From a virus: a DNA stretch of 64,000 bases. The translations under genes were made by a program, and so were the position numbers. Below are positions 46,326-56,621 of the stretch, in pieces. The stretch is from the UHGV virus genome UHGV-0090440; one strand, written 5' to 3'. Each line of letters starts with the position of its first letter. The first letter of the stretch is position 1. The notes beneath the pieces were generated by a model. It did not search any database. It worked only from the letters and a program-made list of their open reading frames with translations, and was not told the origin of the DNA.

Positions 46326-46811
46326 ATGGCAAACATTGAACCTCGCTGGCTAATTGAAGCACGTAAGCACATTGGCCTGACTGAAATAAAAGGCGCTAAA
46401 CACAACCCTGAAATCGTTCAGTTTTGGCGCGACATCAAGCGCAGCGGAATTAAAGACGATGAAACGCCGTGGTGCGCAGCATTTGTCGGTGCAATGCTGG
46501 AACGTGTAGGCATCCGCTCAACAAGATTTGAGTCGGCAAAATCCTATCTGGATTGGGGCGAGAAATTAGATACACCGGCATACGGATGTATCGTTGTATT
46601 TACCCGCGTAGGCGGTGGGCACGTAGGCTTCGTTGTCGGACGCCGCGCCAATGGCGATCTGCTTGTCCTGGGTGGGAACCAGGGGGATGCGGTTAATATT
46701 CGCGCATTCCCAACATCAAGAGTGTCTGGCTATCGCTGGCCTGCTGGCGAACCACGCAATACCGCTCTGTTACCAGTCGGAGACGCAGCAACCTCAACTA
46801 ATGAGGCATGA
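46326..46811 (+). CDS. putative peptidoglycan hydrolase (TIGR02594/CHAP-like Cys-His protein)
   Basis: 161 aa; conserved-looking Cys (TPWCAAFVG) and His (GGGHVGFVV) spaced as in small phage cell-wall amidase/peptidase families. Assignment from memory. Confidence 0.35.
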   Translation: MANIEPRWLIEARKHIGLTEIKGAKHNPEIVQFWRDIKRSGIKDDETPWCAAFVGAMLERVGIRSTRFESAKSYLDWGEKLDTPAYGCIVVFTRVGGGHVGFVVGRRANGDLLVLGGNQGDAVNIRAFPTSRVSGYRWPAGEPRNTALLPVGDAATSTNEA

Positions 46812-47467
46812 AAAAAGCCCCGACCAGGCCGGGGCATCACGCTTCAAGTCACGATCCAATCATTACCGACTATATCAGCCGTCGATAAATCAACTTCCCG
46901 GATCTGGAGTCCATCAGTGTGCCTCCGCAATGCTGGGATTGGTAATATTGCGATACCAGGGATTAGTGTTTGGTTGTGGGGAAGTAGAGAAACGACCAGT
47001 AAGAACACCATACTGATCAGGGATCAGAGAACGGGCTTCTTTTTCGGTTGCGGCAATTGCGAAGTGATCGCAGTGTTTTTGCAGGGAGTGGAAACGCCAG
47101 ATGAATTCTGGACGTGAGCAAGGATTGGCATTAACCATAGTTACGGCCTCACTAACAGGTTTAACAACCTGCTACCCGCTGTCAAACAGGTGGCAGGACG
47201 TGACAGGGTTGACAGACTGGCGTTAGTGAAACCAGCAGGCCGAAGCCTCCCCATCACGCCCCACCATAATTCGGGCGTAACGCGATTTACGGACACAAAA
47301 ATACCGCAATATCGGAAATCTGCGGTTGTCCGCACTAACATTCAGGCTGTCAAACCTGGTCGCAGAATTTGCTACGACGGCATTAATATAAGCCTGAAAA
47401 CATGGAAGATCAACTAAAAATTTCAGCAATGGATGACTTCAGTCGATGATGCAGATCATACATTCCG

Positions 47468-47498
47468 ATTTAGAAACAGGAAATTAATTTTCTAATAC
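47468..47498. promoter_or_regulatory. operator-like motif pair
   Basis: TTTAGAAACA ... TTTTCTAATACA. Confidence 0.35.
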
Positions 47499-47551
47499 AA
47501 ATCATCGAGCGAGCATTTGCCGATCATTGGGAAGTTTTGTAGGCACACAGG

Positions 47552-48514
47552 TCATCCCCTAAATCCCGCAGGGATTGACCAATCCTCCCGGTCAAATTCA
47601 GACCGATAGCCACGCTGTTTCATCAGGTCAAAGGCTTCACCAATGGTTGCACACCCCTGGGAGCCAGAATAATCCATTGAGAAATCCAGGACACTGGATT
47701 GTTTAGGCTTATTCACTGCGGTAGCGGCACTACGTATCCATGCAAATTTTTTTGCCAGCTTTTCAGCGGTACGATACAGAGCCTGCCGTTTTGCGTGCCC
47801 CTCGTCTGAACGACGCTTTGCAGCTCTCGCTTTTGCCGCCGCCAGGCAGCGGTTGGTATGTTCTTCCCTGATTACTGGTTTTTTATCCAGCGCCCCATTA
47901 TCCGCTTGAGAACTATCTGCTGGTGAAGCCTTTGGCTGAACCGCGCATGATCTTTCTCTTCTTTTTGCTATAGAGTGACTCTTATTTTCTATTGGCTGTT
48001 CATTTTGAACATGGGGGGACTTGTTCAAAATGAACAGGGGGTTCCCAGTTTCAAAAAAATAACGAACCTTTGAAATCAACTGCTTAACCAGTTTTGTGGC
48101 GTTGGCAAATTTGATGCCCTGCTTACCCCCTATCTCCATTGCTGCATGAATGAAGTGGAGAAATTGTGTCGTAAACCGATATACGTTACACACCTGGGCA
48201 TTGTTATTCGCTACCTGATGTTGCCTAACAAGCATTCCGCACTTCGTCGCTTCAGCAAATGCCCGGCGTACAGTAGAAATACTGCGTCCTGTAATCTCGG
48301 ACATATCAGCATATGAGCGACGGATCATGTATTCATCGGTAGCCCCTGCCAGGTTGGCGAACTCGGCAATAATAGCGCTATGTGAAGGGGAAAGAAGACC
48401 GCTATGACGAGCAAAAAAACTCAACTGATGACCTTTGATTTTTTTGTGGTATTCAGTGTTGTTTTTATACTCAGAAGTGTTGAAAGTTACTGAAACTGAA
48501 TTTAAAATATTCAT
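47552..48514 (-). CDS. hypothetical HTH-containing protein (possible replication or regulatory protein)
   Basis: HTH-like segment MSEITGRSISTVRRAFAEATKCGML; basic C-terminal half. Confidence 0.35.
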   Translation of the reverse strand: MNILNSVSVTFNTSEYKNNTEYHKKIKGHQLSFFARHSGLLSPSHSAIIAEFANLAGATDEYMIRRSYADMSEITGRSISTVRRAFAEATKCGMLVRQHQVANNNAQVCNVYRFTTQFLHFIHAAMEIGGKQGIKFANATKLVKQLISKVRYFFETGNPLFILNKSPHVQNEQPIENKSHSIAKRRERSCAVQPKASPADSSQADNGALDKKPVIREEHTNRCLAAAKARAAKRRSDEGHAKRQALYRTAEKLAKKFAWIRSAATAVNKPKQSSVLDFSMDYSGSQGCATIGEAFDLMKQRGYRSEFDREDWSIPAGFRG

Positions 48515-48575
48515 CAGATAGTTCCGTGAAAAAATCTATCTACCGTATAAATCTATGCCAGTGGATTTATACACC

Positions 48576-48609
48576 CAAAAGCCGCTTCTCAGCGGCTTTT
48601 GCTTTTTTT
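48576..48609. terminator. bidirectional rho-independent terminator
   Basis: aaagccgct-tctc-agcggcttt hairpin followed by TTTTGCTTTTTTT. Confidence 0.6.
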
Positions 48610-48686
48610 GGCAGTCGCTACCGGAGCAGTGACCGCGATCCTACTCGATCACATCGGACAGAATCAACAGTGTATATAAATACACT

Positions 48687-48699
48687 ATGTTAGAAATTT
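48687..48699. promoter_or_regulatory. operator-like motif ATGTTAGAAATTT
   Basis: 15 nt 3' of the stop of the protease-like gene; nearly identical 20-mer to the copy at 25035. Confidence 0.4.
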
Positions 48700-48714
48700 A
48701 ATTTCATTCTGCGG

Positions 48715-49713
48715 TTATGCCCGTCGTGAAACGAAGAGTAATGGGGTAGTATTTTTGCTCTCCTTCGGCGATAACTCCGGCTCTTTCTTGCCTGATATCG
48801 GCAAGCCATAAGTCGCATTTGCCCCCAGTGATTCAAGCATCGCAGCCACTATGCGAGCATCATCTTCAGACTGCATACGGCAGAGCGCCCGGCGCTGTTC
48901 TGCGCTAATAAAAACAGGCATTTCCTGGATAGCGTCACGCAAAATCCGGCGGCATTGCTTTGCATTTTCCCCCTGGCTTTCCATCATCGCTGTTTGAGTG
49001 CGCAGCTTATCTCGAAGCTGTATGTTTTCCACTTCAAGGAGCATCAATTCTGACTCAAGGGCTTCACGCTGTGCTGACTCGAAAATAGCCTGCTGATTCT
49101 TCATTGCTGAAAAGTGGTGAACAAGATCCGTAGCCGCGTTATCGGTAAAACCTTGTTCGATAAGTGCCGCATGAATAGCCGCGTCGCGCTCTTCTGCTGA
49201 TTCCAGCATCAGGCTTTTCTTGTCCAGACTGATATAGTTAGGCACAGTTACGTAATCAAAGCCGTGAAAAGACTTTACCAGGGATACAGATGAATCTGGG
49301 CCAGATGTAGCCCATGACCAACCACCAGCACCTGAATTAATCATTCCCTGTACAATACGCCCGGTGTCTGTATCCAGTATTTCCTGCGTATGGGTAACAA
49401 TGCCGTTGTCGTCAATCGAAATGTCGATAGTCCTGTTTGATGGCACGTTCTCCAATACAACAGGTTTCCCATCAACCATCACAACAGAGACTTCCGGCAG
49501 GTTCAGGCTTTTCGTTTTGTTATAGTGCATCGCCCGGCGACCATGACCGTAATAGCCATACATCTCACCAAGTGCGATACGCTCTTTTGTTTCTGGCGAG
49601 TTGAATGTGTCTCGCACCGACTGAATAACGTAATTTCGGTTGTTCTGCGGTGTGTGTTTGCGGATTTTCTCTACCAGGGAGAAGCGATCCGTAACAGTGT
49701 TCAGTGATTGCAT
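48715..49713 (-). CDS. putative head maturation protease / scaffold-like protein (Pro-like)
   Basis: 332 aa directly downstream of the portal-like gene; C-terminal coiled-coil region. Assignment by position and composition only. Confidence 0.35.
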   Translation of the reverse strand: MQSLNTVTDRFSLVEKIRKHTPQNNRNYVIQSVRDTFNSPETKERIALGEMYGYYGHGRRAMHYNKTKSLNLPEVSVVMVDGKPVVLENVPSNRTIDISIDDNGIVTHTQEILDTDTGRIVQGMINSGAGGWSWATSGPDSSVSLVKSFHGFDYVTVPNYISLDKKSLMLESAEERDAAIHAALIEQGFTDNAATDLVHHFSAMKNQQAIFESAQREALESELMLLEVENIQLRDKLRTQTAMMESQGENAKQCRRILRDAIQEMPVFISAEQRRALCRMQSEDDARIVAAMLESLGANATYGLPISGKKEPELSPKESKNTTPLLFVSRRA

Positions 49714-49726
49714 TATTTCCCTCCGG

Positions 49727-51409
49727 TTAATTGCTCATCACAAATTTTGCAAAGTTTATTAACTGTTCTGGCGTCCAGTTTTCCGGATCGTCACCGGACG
49801 ACAACGGCGCGGATTCGTACATACCATGCTCGTTGTTTTGCTCTGATTCATTCGCCTTAAACTCTTTGATCATGGTGTTGAGAGTGTCATCGTCGATGTG
49901 CAACTGCTCGGTGAACAGATAACGCATAAACGCGTCACTACCAGCCAGTTTCGGGTTGTTCTGGATCTGGTCCATAATTTGGGAGATGACAGCAACAAAG
50001 TTGGCGCGTGCATCCAGTTCCCGGTTTTCCTCTTCCTGAATAGCAGTGTTCATTGAGTTGAATTGCACGTCATAAGGGCGGTTTTTTTCGGTGTAAACCT
50101 TGCCGTATTTATAAGCGAGGTGAATGTCCAGAAGCCGATAAATAGTTCGCTGGGCGGCCTGTCTGATCCAGTTCGCGCGTAAGGCGGCCTGGATAGCTGT
50201 TTGCTGCCAACCGCCTTCTCCAAGTCCACCACTCATCTGATCAGCCCAGCCAAGCATTGTTGCGTCAATACCGAGGCTTGCCGCGAGCTGTCGGAGATGA
50301 AACATAACGTCTTCGATACCACTGATATCTGCGGGTATAGATTGCGTATCAATGGTGATCCCGTTCTTCCCATCCCCCATGACGGGTATCAGATGGTTAA
50401 GCACAGTTGGAATAGCGTTGGCATTAATCGACCTTTGCGCCACCAGGTCACTATGACGCTTCAATGCCTGGCTGACGCCACGCGTATAGTTCGCCGCATT
50501 AACCGGGTCAAGTGTGTTCGTCGTAAGAGCAATCAGGCGGTCAATTTTGGCTGCATTATTTCGCGTTGATTTCAGCGCGGCGAGCGAAGCACATAAATTA
50601 AGGTAAGGTTCATAGCTGTATTCCAGGAATGAAGTTCCGTAATTCTGCGTCTCCATTAACGGCTTATCAGCTTGATCACTTAACAGTGAGTACCCTTTTG
50701 TGCCGTAGCTAACCGGAATAACTTTATGCTGTGGCGTCCAATAGGGATTTTTCATGGAAACCAGATTCCACGGTTCGGTTATTACTCTGCGCAAACTATG
50801 CGTATCCAGGATGTAATCACCACTGAATCCAACCAGCTGGCTGCCGCGATAAAATTCCTGGACGAAATGTGGCAGAGTGTAATAACTGGACTCAATGCCT
50901 GTTATCCCCCTGCCCTGTTCAGCATAAGGTCGGACATAAGACACCCCAAAGATCGCCATGATCATGGCCCATGAAGGAAGTCCGTCATTAATCATCGCCC
51001 CCAAATCAGCGGTTAACTCTTCACATCTACTTACTGCCTCGGCATCGGAACCATCCTTTGGCGAAAGGATGAATGCCTGTCCGTTTTTTTTTGAAGGCGC
51101 AAGCGCATGTGCAATGTGAATGTTTAAAGCCGTCGAGATAGTCGGGCTTTTAGCCATCGTTTCCAGGATGTTGTACTTTTGCAGGCGCTCGCCGGGCAGT
51201 TCAGCGGATAAAGAAATTGAATCTGCCTCACTCGTCATGCCATCGCTATTGCTCCCCAGGATGCCTGGACGTAAAGCAGACAGGCCGGAACGAGCAACGA
51301 CACTATGTCCGCTCGTAAAAACGACCGGATCGGCGGGCGTAACATCACCACCGTTGAAGGCTTTCTTCAATGCTGACAGAAAGCCTTTGTTTTTGTCTTT
51401 CGTTGCCAT
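49727..51409 (-). CDS. putative portal protein
   Basis: 560 aa, acidic C-terminal tail, located in the head-gene block between the DarA-operon genes and the protease-like gene. Assignment by size and position. Confidence 0.4.
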   Translation of the reverse strand: MATKDKNKGFLSALKKAFNGGDVTPADPVVFTSGHSVVARSGLSALRPGILGSNSDGMTSEADSISLSAELPGERLQKYNILETMAKSPTISTALNIHIAHALAPSKKNGQAFILSPKDGSDAEAVSRCEELTADLGAMINDGLPSWAMIMAIFGVSYVRPYAEQGRGITGIESSYYTLPHFVQEFYRGSQLVGFSGDYILDTHSLRRVITEPWNLVSMKNPYWTPQHKVIPVSYGTKGYSLLSDQADKPLMETQNYGTSFLEYSYEPYLNLCASLAALKSTRNNAAKIDRLIALTTNTLDPVNAANYTRGVSQALKRHSDLVAQRSINANAIPTVLNHLIPVMGDGKNGITIDTQSIPADISGIEDVMFHLRQLAASLGIDATMLGWADQMSGGLGEGGWQQTAIQAALRANWIRQAAQRTIYRLLDIHLAYKYGKVYTEKNRPYDVQFNSMNTAIQEEENRELDARANFVAVISQIMDQIQNNPKLAGSDAFMRYLFTEQLHIDDDTLNTMIKEFKANESEQNNEHGMYESAPLSSGDDPENWTPEQLINFAKFVMSN

Positions 51410-51473
51410 GAATCACCGCAAATTGTTTCCAGTTTTGCGGCAGCATAATCAGTATGTGATTTCAGCGGTTGGT

Positions 51474-52859
51474 TTAGTTTTCTGTACGGCAATTATTTGG
51501 AACTGTAGAATTTTCAAACATAGCAAAGTTCAGACCTTTCCCTTCGCCAAATTCACCCTCAATCTCATCGGAAACGGCAGACAAAATGCTACGCAGATCG
51601 ACATCTCCGCCGCCGAACATATCGCCTAACGCTTGTTGCTGGTGAATAAGCTCATCGTTAATTTTTTGCGCCAGTTTCTTGAAAGCGGCCCCCATACGCT
51701 TAGCGCTTCTGTTGTTGGCAACAATAAACAGAGCAAGCGCTTCCGCTTCCGGAGTGCTATCTCCAAACAATCCACGCTGTGCGATCACCTCTTCTACTGC
51801 CTGACCGTTATCTTTTGCTTCACGAACAAGGTTAATTGCTTCCTGTAGCGCGGCAATAGCCTGTTTATCCAGACCATTCAATTGCTCTATGCCGTCTACC
51901 AGTCCGGTTACCGTGTCATGGTGAACATCGCCTGAAAGTGACTGCATTTGCGCAAAATCGCTGGCTGCCGTATTTAATGCGGTAAGGATGTTACGCATTT
52001 CCGGATCTGGCTCTTCCGCCACCAGCCGAACAAGCCTTTCATCCTTGTACGCTTTGGCAAAAATTGCATTCTGGATGCGGTCGATAAGTTGTTTCGTTGG
52101 ACGCCCATCGGCAGTAAGCAAACCTGCCGTCGCCGTATCACCTATTTCGCGCAAAAACGCACGAATAAACGCATCATTGGACCGCGCCAGTAGATTTCCA
52201 TCATCTGAAGGATTAAATAGCGCCATGACGCTCTCAGTGAGAAATTGCGCATCCGCATACGCTTTTTCACTTGCAGCCATCTCTTGCAGATCGCTGATGT
52301 TTGAATCGCGGGCAAATTGAGCGCGGTCTACATCTGTGAGTCTTTCTCGCACCAGTACGGGCATAGACATTTGCGAAATTTCGTCAGGATTCAGACCAAA
52401 CTCTTTCGCATGGTCGATCAGGTACTGGCGATATTCATCCGCCTGCCCTTGCTCATAGGCACGCCAGATACCCATGCTCCTTCCGTTGCCGGATTCAACA
52501 ACGTTGTCCGGACCAACTATCGGCGCTCCGTGGCTGCTCATGCCGGAATCCGTTAATTGTGCCGGGCGTAAATTGGAGGCAATACGGTTAACCTGGAGTT
52601 TGCTTGATAGCCGTGTACGGTCACGTGGCTGGAGTTCTTCCGGGAAGGCCGGATTAATCGTACCGTCAAGGTTGTTCGAAATGATCAGACTGCTGGCATC
52701 AACGACCTTAAAAGCCGTCTTTACCTCTGCCCCTTTACTGGTGACTACGTAACTACTGCGCCCCTGGCGTGTTTCTCGCCTCTCTAATGAAGAAACCAGC
52801 GCAATAACACTGTTAATGTCTGCTGCTTCGGATAGCGCGGAAGTAACTGACTTGTTCAA
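51474..52859 (-). CDS. virion-associated protein of the DarA operon (Ddr-like)
   Basis: 461-aa ORF downstream of darA in the same operon. Confidence 0.35.
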   Translation of the reverse strand: MNKSVTSALSEAADINSVIALVSSLERRETRQGRSSYVVTSKGAEVKTAFKVVDASSLIISNNLDGTINPAFPEELQPRDRTRLSSKLQVNRIASNLRPAQLTDSGMSSHGAPIVGPDNVVESGNGRSMGIWRAYEQGQADEYRQYLIDHAKEFGLNPDEISQMSMPVLVRERLTDVDRAQFARDSNISDLQEMAASEKAYADAQFLTESVMALFNPSDDGNLLARSNDAFIRAFLREIGDTATAGLLTADGRPTKQLIDRIQNAIFAKAYKDERLVRLVAEEPDPEMRNILTALNTAASDFAQMQSLSGDVHHDTVTGLVDGIEQLNGLDKQAIAALQEAINLVREAKDNGQAVEEVIAQRGLFGDSTPEAEALALFIVANNRSAKRMGAAFKKLAQKINDELIHQQQALGDMFGGGDVDLRSILSAVSDEIEGEFGEGKGLNFAMFENSTVPNNCRTEN

Positions 52860-52952
52860 AATACACTCCCCTTACATAGAAAGCAGGAAGTGTAAAAAGT
52901 GTGTGATTTATGGACTTGCAGGAAAGTGAAAGGGGCATTTCAGCCCCTTTGA

Positions 52953-53321
52953 TTAGCCTGCATAACCGTTGGCTTTCACCCAGCTTATGGTCTGCTCTTT
53001 AGCCTGTTCCAACGTAAGGAACTCGCCTACATAGTTTGAGATCCCACGTAGCGCATCAATAAATTCCATTTGTGTGGACTTTGTGAACACACCGCCCAGG
53101 AAGTCAGTCACTATCTTAGGGACTTCATCTACAACAGGATCAGTCTGTTGTTGCGGTTCCGCTGCCGGTTGCGCGGCAGTCCCCAGGCCCAATTTCAGCA
53201 TCACATCAACAATCTGCTTACCAATGGTGACGCGTTGCAATACTGGCGCAGTTTTCTGCGCCTGCATTAGATCTGATAGCTCTTTACCTAATTTCAGGCG
53301 GTCTAAAACAGAGATGGTCAT
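52953..53321 (-). CDS. small DarA-operon protein
   Basis: 122-aa ORF whose start overlaps the darA stop. Confidence 0.35.
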   Translation of the reverse strand: MTISVLDRLKLGKELSDLMQAQKTAPVLQRVTIGKQIVDVMLKLGLGTAAQPAAEPQQQTDPVVDEVPKIVTDFLGGVFTKSTQMEFIDALRGISNYVGEFLTLEQAKEQTISWVKANGYAG

Positions 53322-55252
53322 TAAGCACCTCCCTGCTGAATTTCAGCCAGAATGTTGATCAGGTAGTCAACTGCTGCACCCACAGTGGCTTCGTTCTCGT
53401 CGTATCGACCTGCACTGATTAGAGCATTTGCTGCTTCCTGTACATGATCAAGTTCAGTACTGATGACCGTCAGATCGCGGGATGTAAACTGCTCCGGCAC
53501 GGATTTCAGGTACTCCAGCGCTTTATCTGCCTCCTGATCAGCTTCACTTGCTGATTCACCCGCTTCTTCTGGCTCCGGCTCCTGTTCTGGTGCTGGTTGT
53601 GGTTGTGATTCTGGCTCAACCACATGCTCTGTTTTTACTTCGCTTGAATAATTTTGAAGGGCGTTATACACGTCCATAATGAAAAGGTTCTCCCCATCAC
53701 CAAGTGGATACGCCACGTTTGGAAACGCTTTGCGGAAAAGAATTTTCACTTGCGCCTTGAATGTTTTCAGGTCACTGCCAAACAGGTCCACATAGCCATC
53801 AATATGTTTAGACATGCTGGACACAACCAATTGGCCTGCAAAATCTTTCAGCTCATCTTCATCAGGAAGATAGAGCAACTCGTACTGGCTGACTTCTTTA
53901 TCTGTCAGTTTACGGTCATACGTAATGATACCGTGACGAGCATATCCGTAATACTGATCAGCCTGGTCAGGACGATCAAGCACGGCTTTATTTCCATCCG
54001 GCACAGCACCAACACCAGCCGGGCGAGATTGAAGTGCATAGTGGTATTTACCTACATCTTGGCTCTCTGGTTGTGATACTGGGTTCGTCTCGGGGGCTGT
54101 CTGTGGTGGTTCGGAGTCTTCCTGCTGGCCTGGTAACACATCAACTTTATATTTATCTGCGTTATGCTCTCGGTAGGCTTTAAGTAATTTGGTTGCAGCA
54201 TCTGCCAAACTGCCTCCTTTGACAGCACTGGCATCAATACTGAATTTACCTTCAGGTGCTACTATCGTAACGAAATTGTCACTGCCGGACGTGACATAAT
54301 TAACTTCAGCGCCATTATCCAGCACTGTTTTTCCGTCAATGGCAAGATTATGTTTTACATGTCGCAGCTGGTCACTAAACGCTCGCTCCTTCGTTTTTTC
54401 ACCTTTAGCAGACAACAATTTATCGCGTTTTTCTTGTAATTCCTCGTTGATGGCTTTCTGGGCATCAAGTTTTTTTTGCATCTCCGTAAGAGCAGCACGC
54501 TTTTCAGTCAGCCCACGTTGCGCAACGTCCACCTGATCAATTGTTATTGACCGTTCTTCTGCCAGTTTATCTGCTTCATTGAGATAACTCTCAATATCTG
54601 CCTTCATTTTGTCCTGGCGCTCTTTTGCTTTCTTAAATTTTTCGCTGTTACGCTCAATCAAATTAGATAGCGCCTGGCATACCTGGCTTAAAGAAACATC
54701 TCTCCCACCAATCGGGGCGACAACGTGAGTTACGTTACGCTTATTAAGTAAAAACTGAAATGCAACAAGCTCGTCGTTACTCTTTATTTTTGCCCCGTCA
54801 GCTGTTGGAGAGTGGAAAATTATGCTTGTACTCTGCCCGTCAGTAAGCGGTATCTGCGCGGTCAAAACAGGGATATTAGCTACCCGACGTACACGACCGA
54901 TAATCGCACCACCAATACAATTACGTCCATTTTCATCGGTCCCGGCTTCATCAGTCCCTGCCATAATATTCGTACCATTCAGGCCACGATTCAGCGCACG
55001 GACGAAAGCTCGCATTGTTTGAGCTAACCGAATTCTGGTTGTAGTTATGGACTCAAACATAGCTTCGTCAGACACAACCAGAATTTCATTGCCCATATAG
55101 GCAAGCTCAATATCTTCTAAGGTCGCCGCCTCAAAAATCAGGTCATCTTCGCTTAATTCTTCTGAAGACCAGCGACCTGGCATATAGCCGGGGATCGTAT
55201 CAGCAAAAGTAGACTGAATATTAATTCGTAAAGGATTGTTAATCATGCTCAT
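53321..55252 (-). CDS. darA: DarA-like internal head / antirestriction protein
   Basis: About 643 aa from the MSMINNPL start (P1 DarA is about 639 aa); central coiled coil; acidic P/E/Q-rich C-terminal region; located between an Hdf-like gene and Ddr-like genes. Confidence 0.55.
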   Translation of the reverse strand: MSMINNPLRINIQSTFADTIPGYMPGRWSSEELSEDDLIFEAATLEDIELAYMGNEILVVSDEAMFESITTTRIRLAQTMRAFVRALNRGLNGTNIMAGTDEAGTDENGRNCIGGAIIGRVRRVANIPVLTAQIPLTDGQSTSIIFHSPTADGAKIKSNDELVAFQFLLNKRNVTHVVAPIGGRDVSLSQVCQALSNLIERNSEKFKKAKERQDKMKADIESYLNEADKLAEERSITIDQVDVAQRGLTEKRAALTEMQKKLDAQKAINEELQEKRDKLLSAKGEKTKERAFSDQLRHVKHNLAIDGKTVLDNGAEVNYVTSGSDNFVTIVAPEGKFSIDASAVKGGSLADAATKLLKAYREHNADKYKVDVLPGQQEDSEPPQTAPETNPVSQPESQDVGKYHYALQSRPAGVGAVPDGNKAVLDRPDQADQYYGYARHGIITYDRKLTDKEVSQYELLYLPDEDELKDFAGQLVVSSMSKHIDGYVDLFGSDLKTFKAQVKILFRKAFPNVAYPLGDGENLFIMDVYNALQNYSSEVKTEHVVEPESQPQPAPEQEPEPEEAGESASEADQEADKALEYLKSVPEQFTSRDLTVISTELDHVQEAANALISAGRYDENEATVGAAVDYLINILAEIQQGGA

Positions 55253-55874
55253 CCTCCAGGCGCGCGATTTCTTCTTTAAGAGCACGTGTCTTAGCTACTT
55301 CCTGAGACAAGGCAGCTTTAACGTTACCCGTATCTTGCATTACTTTGTCTGACTTGCTCTGGAGTTTAGACAGTTTGTCGTTAGCATTAGCGATATCTTC
55401 ACGGAGTGCATCACGTGATTCTTTCGCTTCAGCTAATCTCTGAGCGTTGGATTTAACTCCCTGCCGCTTCTTATTTTCGTCATCAATATTTTTTGCTGCA
55501 CGAGCAAGTTTTCGAGCTAATGACTTCTGGAAAGAAGTTGCTCCGCGATTAAATAAAGCCGCAAGAGATTGCCCCAAAGCCGACATTGTTTTTACTGGCT
55601 TGAACGGTACTGTTTTACCATTCAGTTTGATCCCAGATATATCACCGGTATCGTTAACCTGAACTTCCATTGTCTGTTCATCAAGACCAATAAGGGTAAA
55701 CGTGCGCGTCATGATCCCATCTTTCTTCCTGCCATTACTTGCAGGGACCACCCTCGCTATCTTGTAACCACCTTTGCTGATTTCTTTGACGAGTTTTGCC
55801 AGCCCCTTTTCGTTTAACTCATCATAATTAAGAAGAACATAATTATTCTTATTTGACATCCCAGTCTCCTTCAC
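55239..55874 (-). CDS. hdf: Hdf-like protein (DarA-operon coiled-coil protein)
   Basis: 211 aa with a C-terminal coiled coil resembling the DarA central region; stop overlaps the darA start. Confidence 0.4.
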   Translation of the reverse strand: MKETGMSNKNNYVLLNYDELNEKGLAKLVKEISKGGYKIARVVPASNGRKKDGIMTRTFTLIGLDEQTMEVQVNDTGDISGIKLNGKTVPFKPVKTMSALGQSLAALFNRGATSFQKSLARKLARAAKNIDDENKKRQGVKSNAQRLAEAKESRDALREDIANANDKLSKLQSKSDKVMQDTGNVKAALSQEVAKTRALKEEIARLEDEHD

Positions 55875-56295
55875 GCTTTTCGATCGTAAACTGGCGCTCT
55901 ATGCAGTCATTGATAGGGAAAATGCGATAAAGCGGATTCAGTCGGCAGTTACCGTTAGTCAATGTGACTTTCAGATCCCACTTCGTTGGCTCAAGATATT
56001 TCGTATCGATGAGCAAATACTCTTCTCTCTCACCGCGTTTTGAGGCGTCAACTGGTCGCGTTTTCCCTGAAATAACCACAGATGGATTTTTCAGGTCTTG
56101 CAACCAATATTCGATTTGAGCATTGCTGACCCAGCTTCGCTTAACACGTAGCGAAACAGGAAATGCTATAGCGGATTCTTTCACTACAGCGTCACCAATA
56201 CTCAAAATCTCAACACTCTTGCGACGAAAAATGAAACGGTCAATGATGGCAACAAATGCCATGATAAAAATGAAATAATTCCCAAAGTTACCCAT
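55849..56295 (-). CDS. lydB: LydB-like antiholin / lysis regulator
   Basis: 148 aa with one N-terminal TM helix, immediately downstream of the holin-like gene (P1 LydB is about 147 aa). Confidence 0.5.
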   Translation of the reverse strand: MGNFGNYFIFIMAFVAIIDRFIFRRKSVEILSIGDAVVKESAIAFPVSLRVKRSWVSNAQIEYWLQDLKNPSVVISGKTRPVDASKRGEREEYLLIDTKYLEPTKWDLKVTLTNGNCRLNPLYRIFPINDCIERQFTIEKREGDWDVK

Positions 56296-56621
56296 TATTT
56301 CTCTCCACCTTTTCCCCCATTCGCTATTACGCTTAAGAGATTCAAGACGTTACTAGCTCTGGACTTCAAGCCCTGTAAAATTTCTCTTCCGTTGTTACTG
56401 GCAATCAGAACAACGCAGAAAATGATACCTTCAGGCCATTCCTGGCTAACCGCCACCCCATACCCCGCAAGCCCGGCTGTTACCGCAGTAAACAATTCAC
56501 TCGCAAGATTGAGCAGGGACGCAGAAATGCGCCCGTCTCTAACTCCGAGAAGGAATACGCCGGTTCCACTTAGTAGGGATGTTATGACTACTACAGCCAG
56601 ATTTTCATAATCTGCAAACAT
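56295..56621 (-). CDS. lydA: LydA-like holin
   Basis: 108 aa with hydrophobic helices and a charged C-terminus (P1 LydA is about 109 aa); stop overlaps the lydB start. Confidence 0.55.
   Translation of the reverse strand: MFADYENLAVVVITSLLSGTGVFLLGVRDGRISASLLNLASELFTAVTAGLAGYGVAVSQEWPEGIIFCVVLIASNNGREILQGLKSRASNVLNLLSVIANGGKGGEK

Noticed and set aside
25035-48699. TGTTAGAAA motif as a directional promoter element (for example a late-promoter box)
   Set aside because: Copies occur in both orientations relative to flanking genes, as inverted pairs, and also directly downstream of stop codons and next to terminators, which fits repressor operators better than a fixed-position promoter element. 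Not fully excluded.
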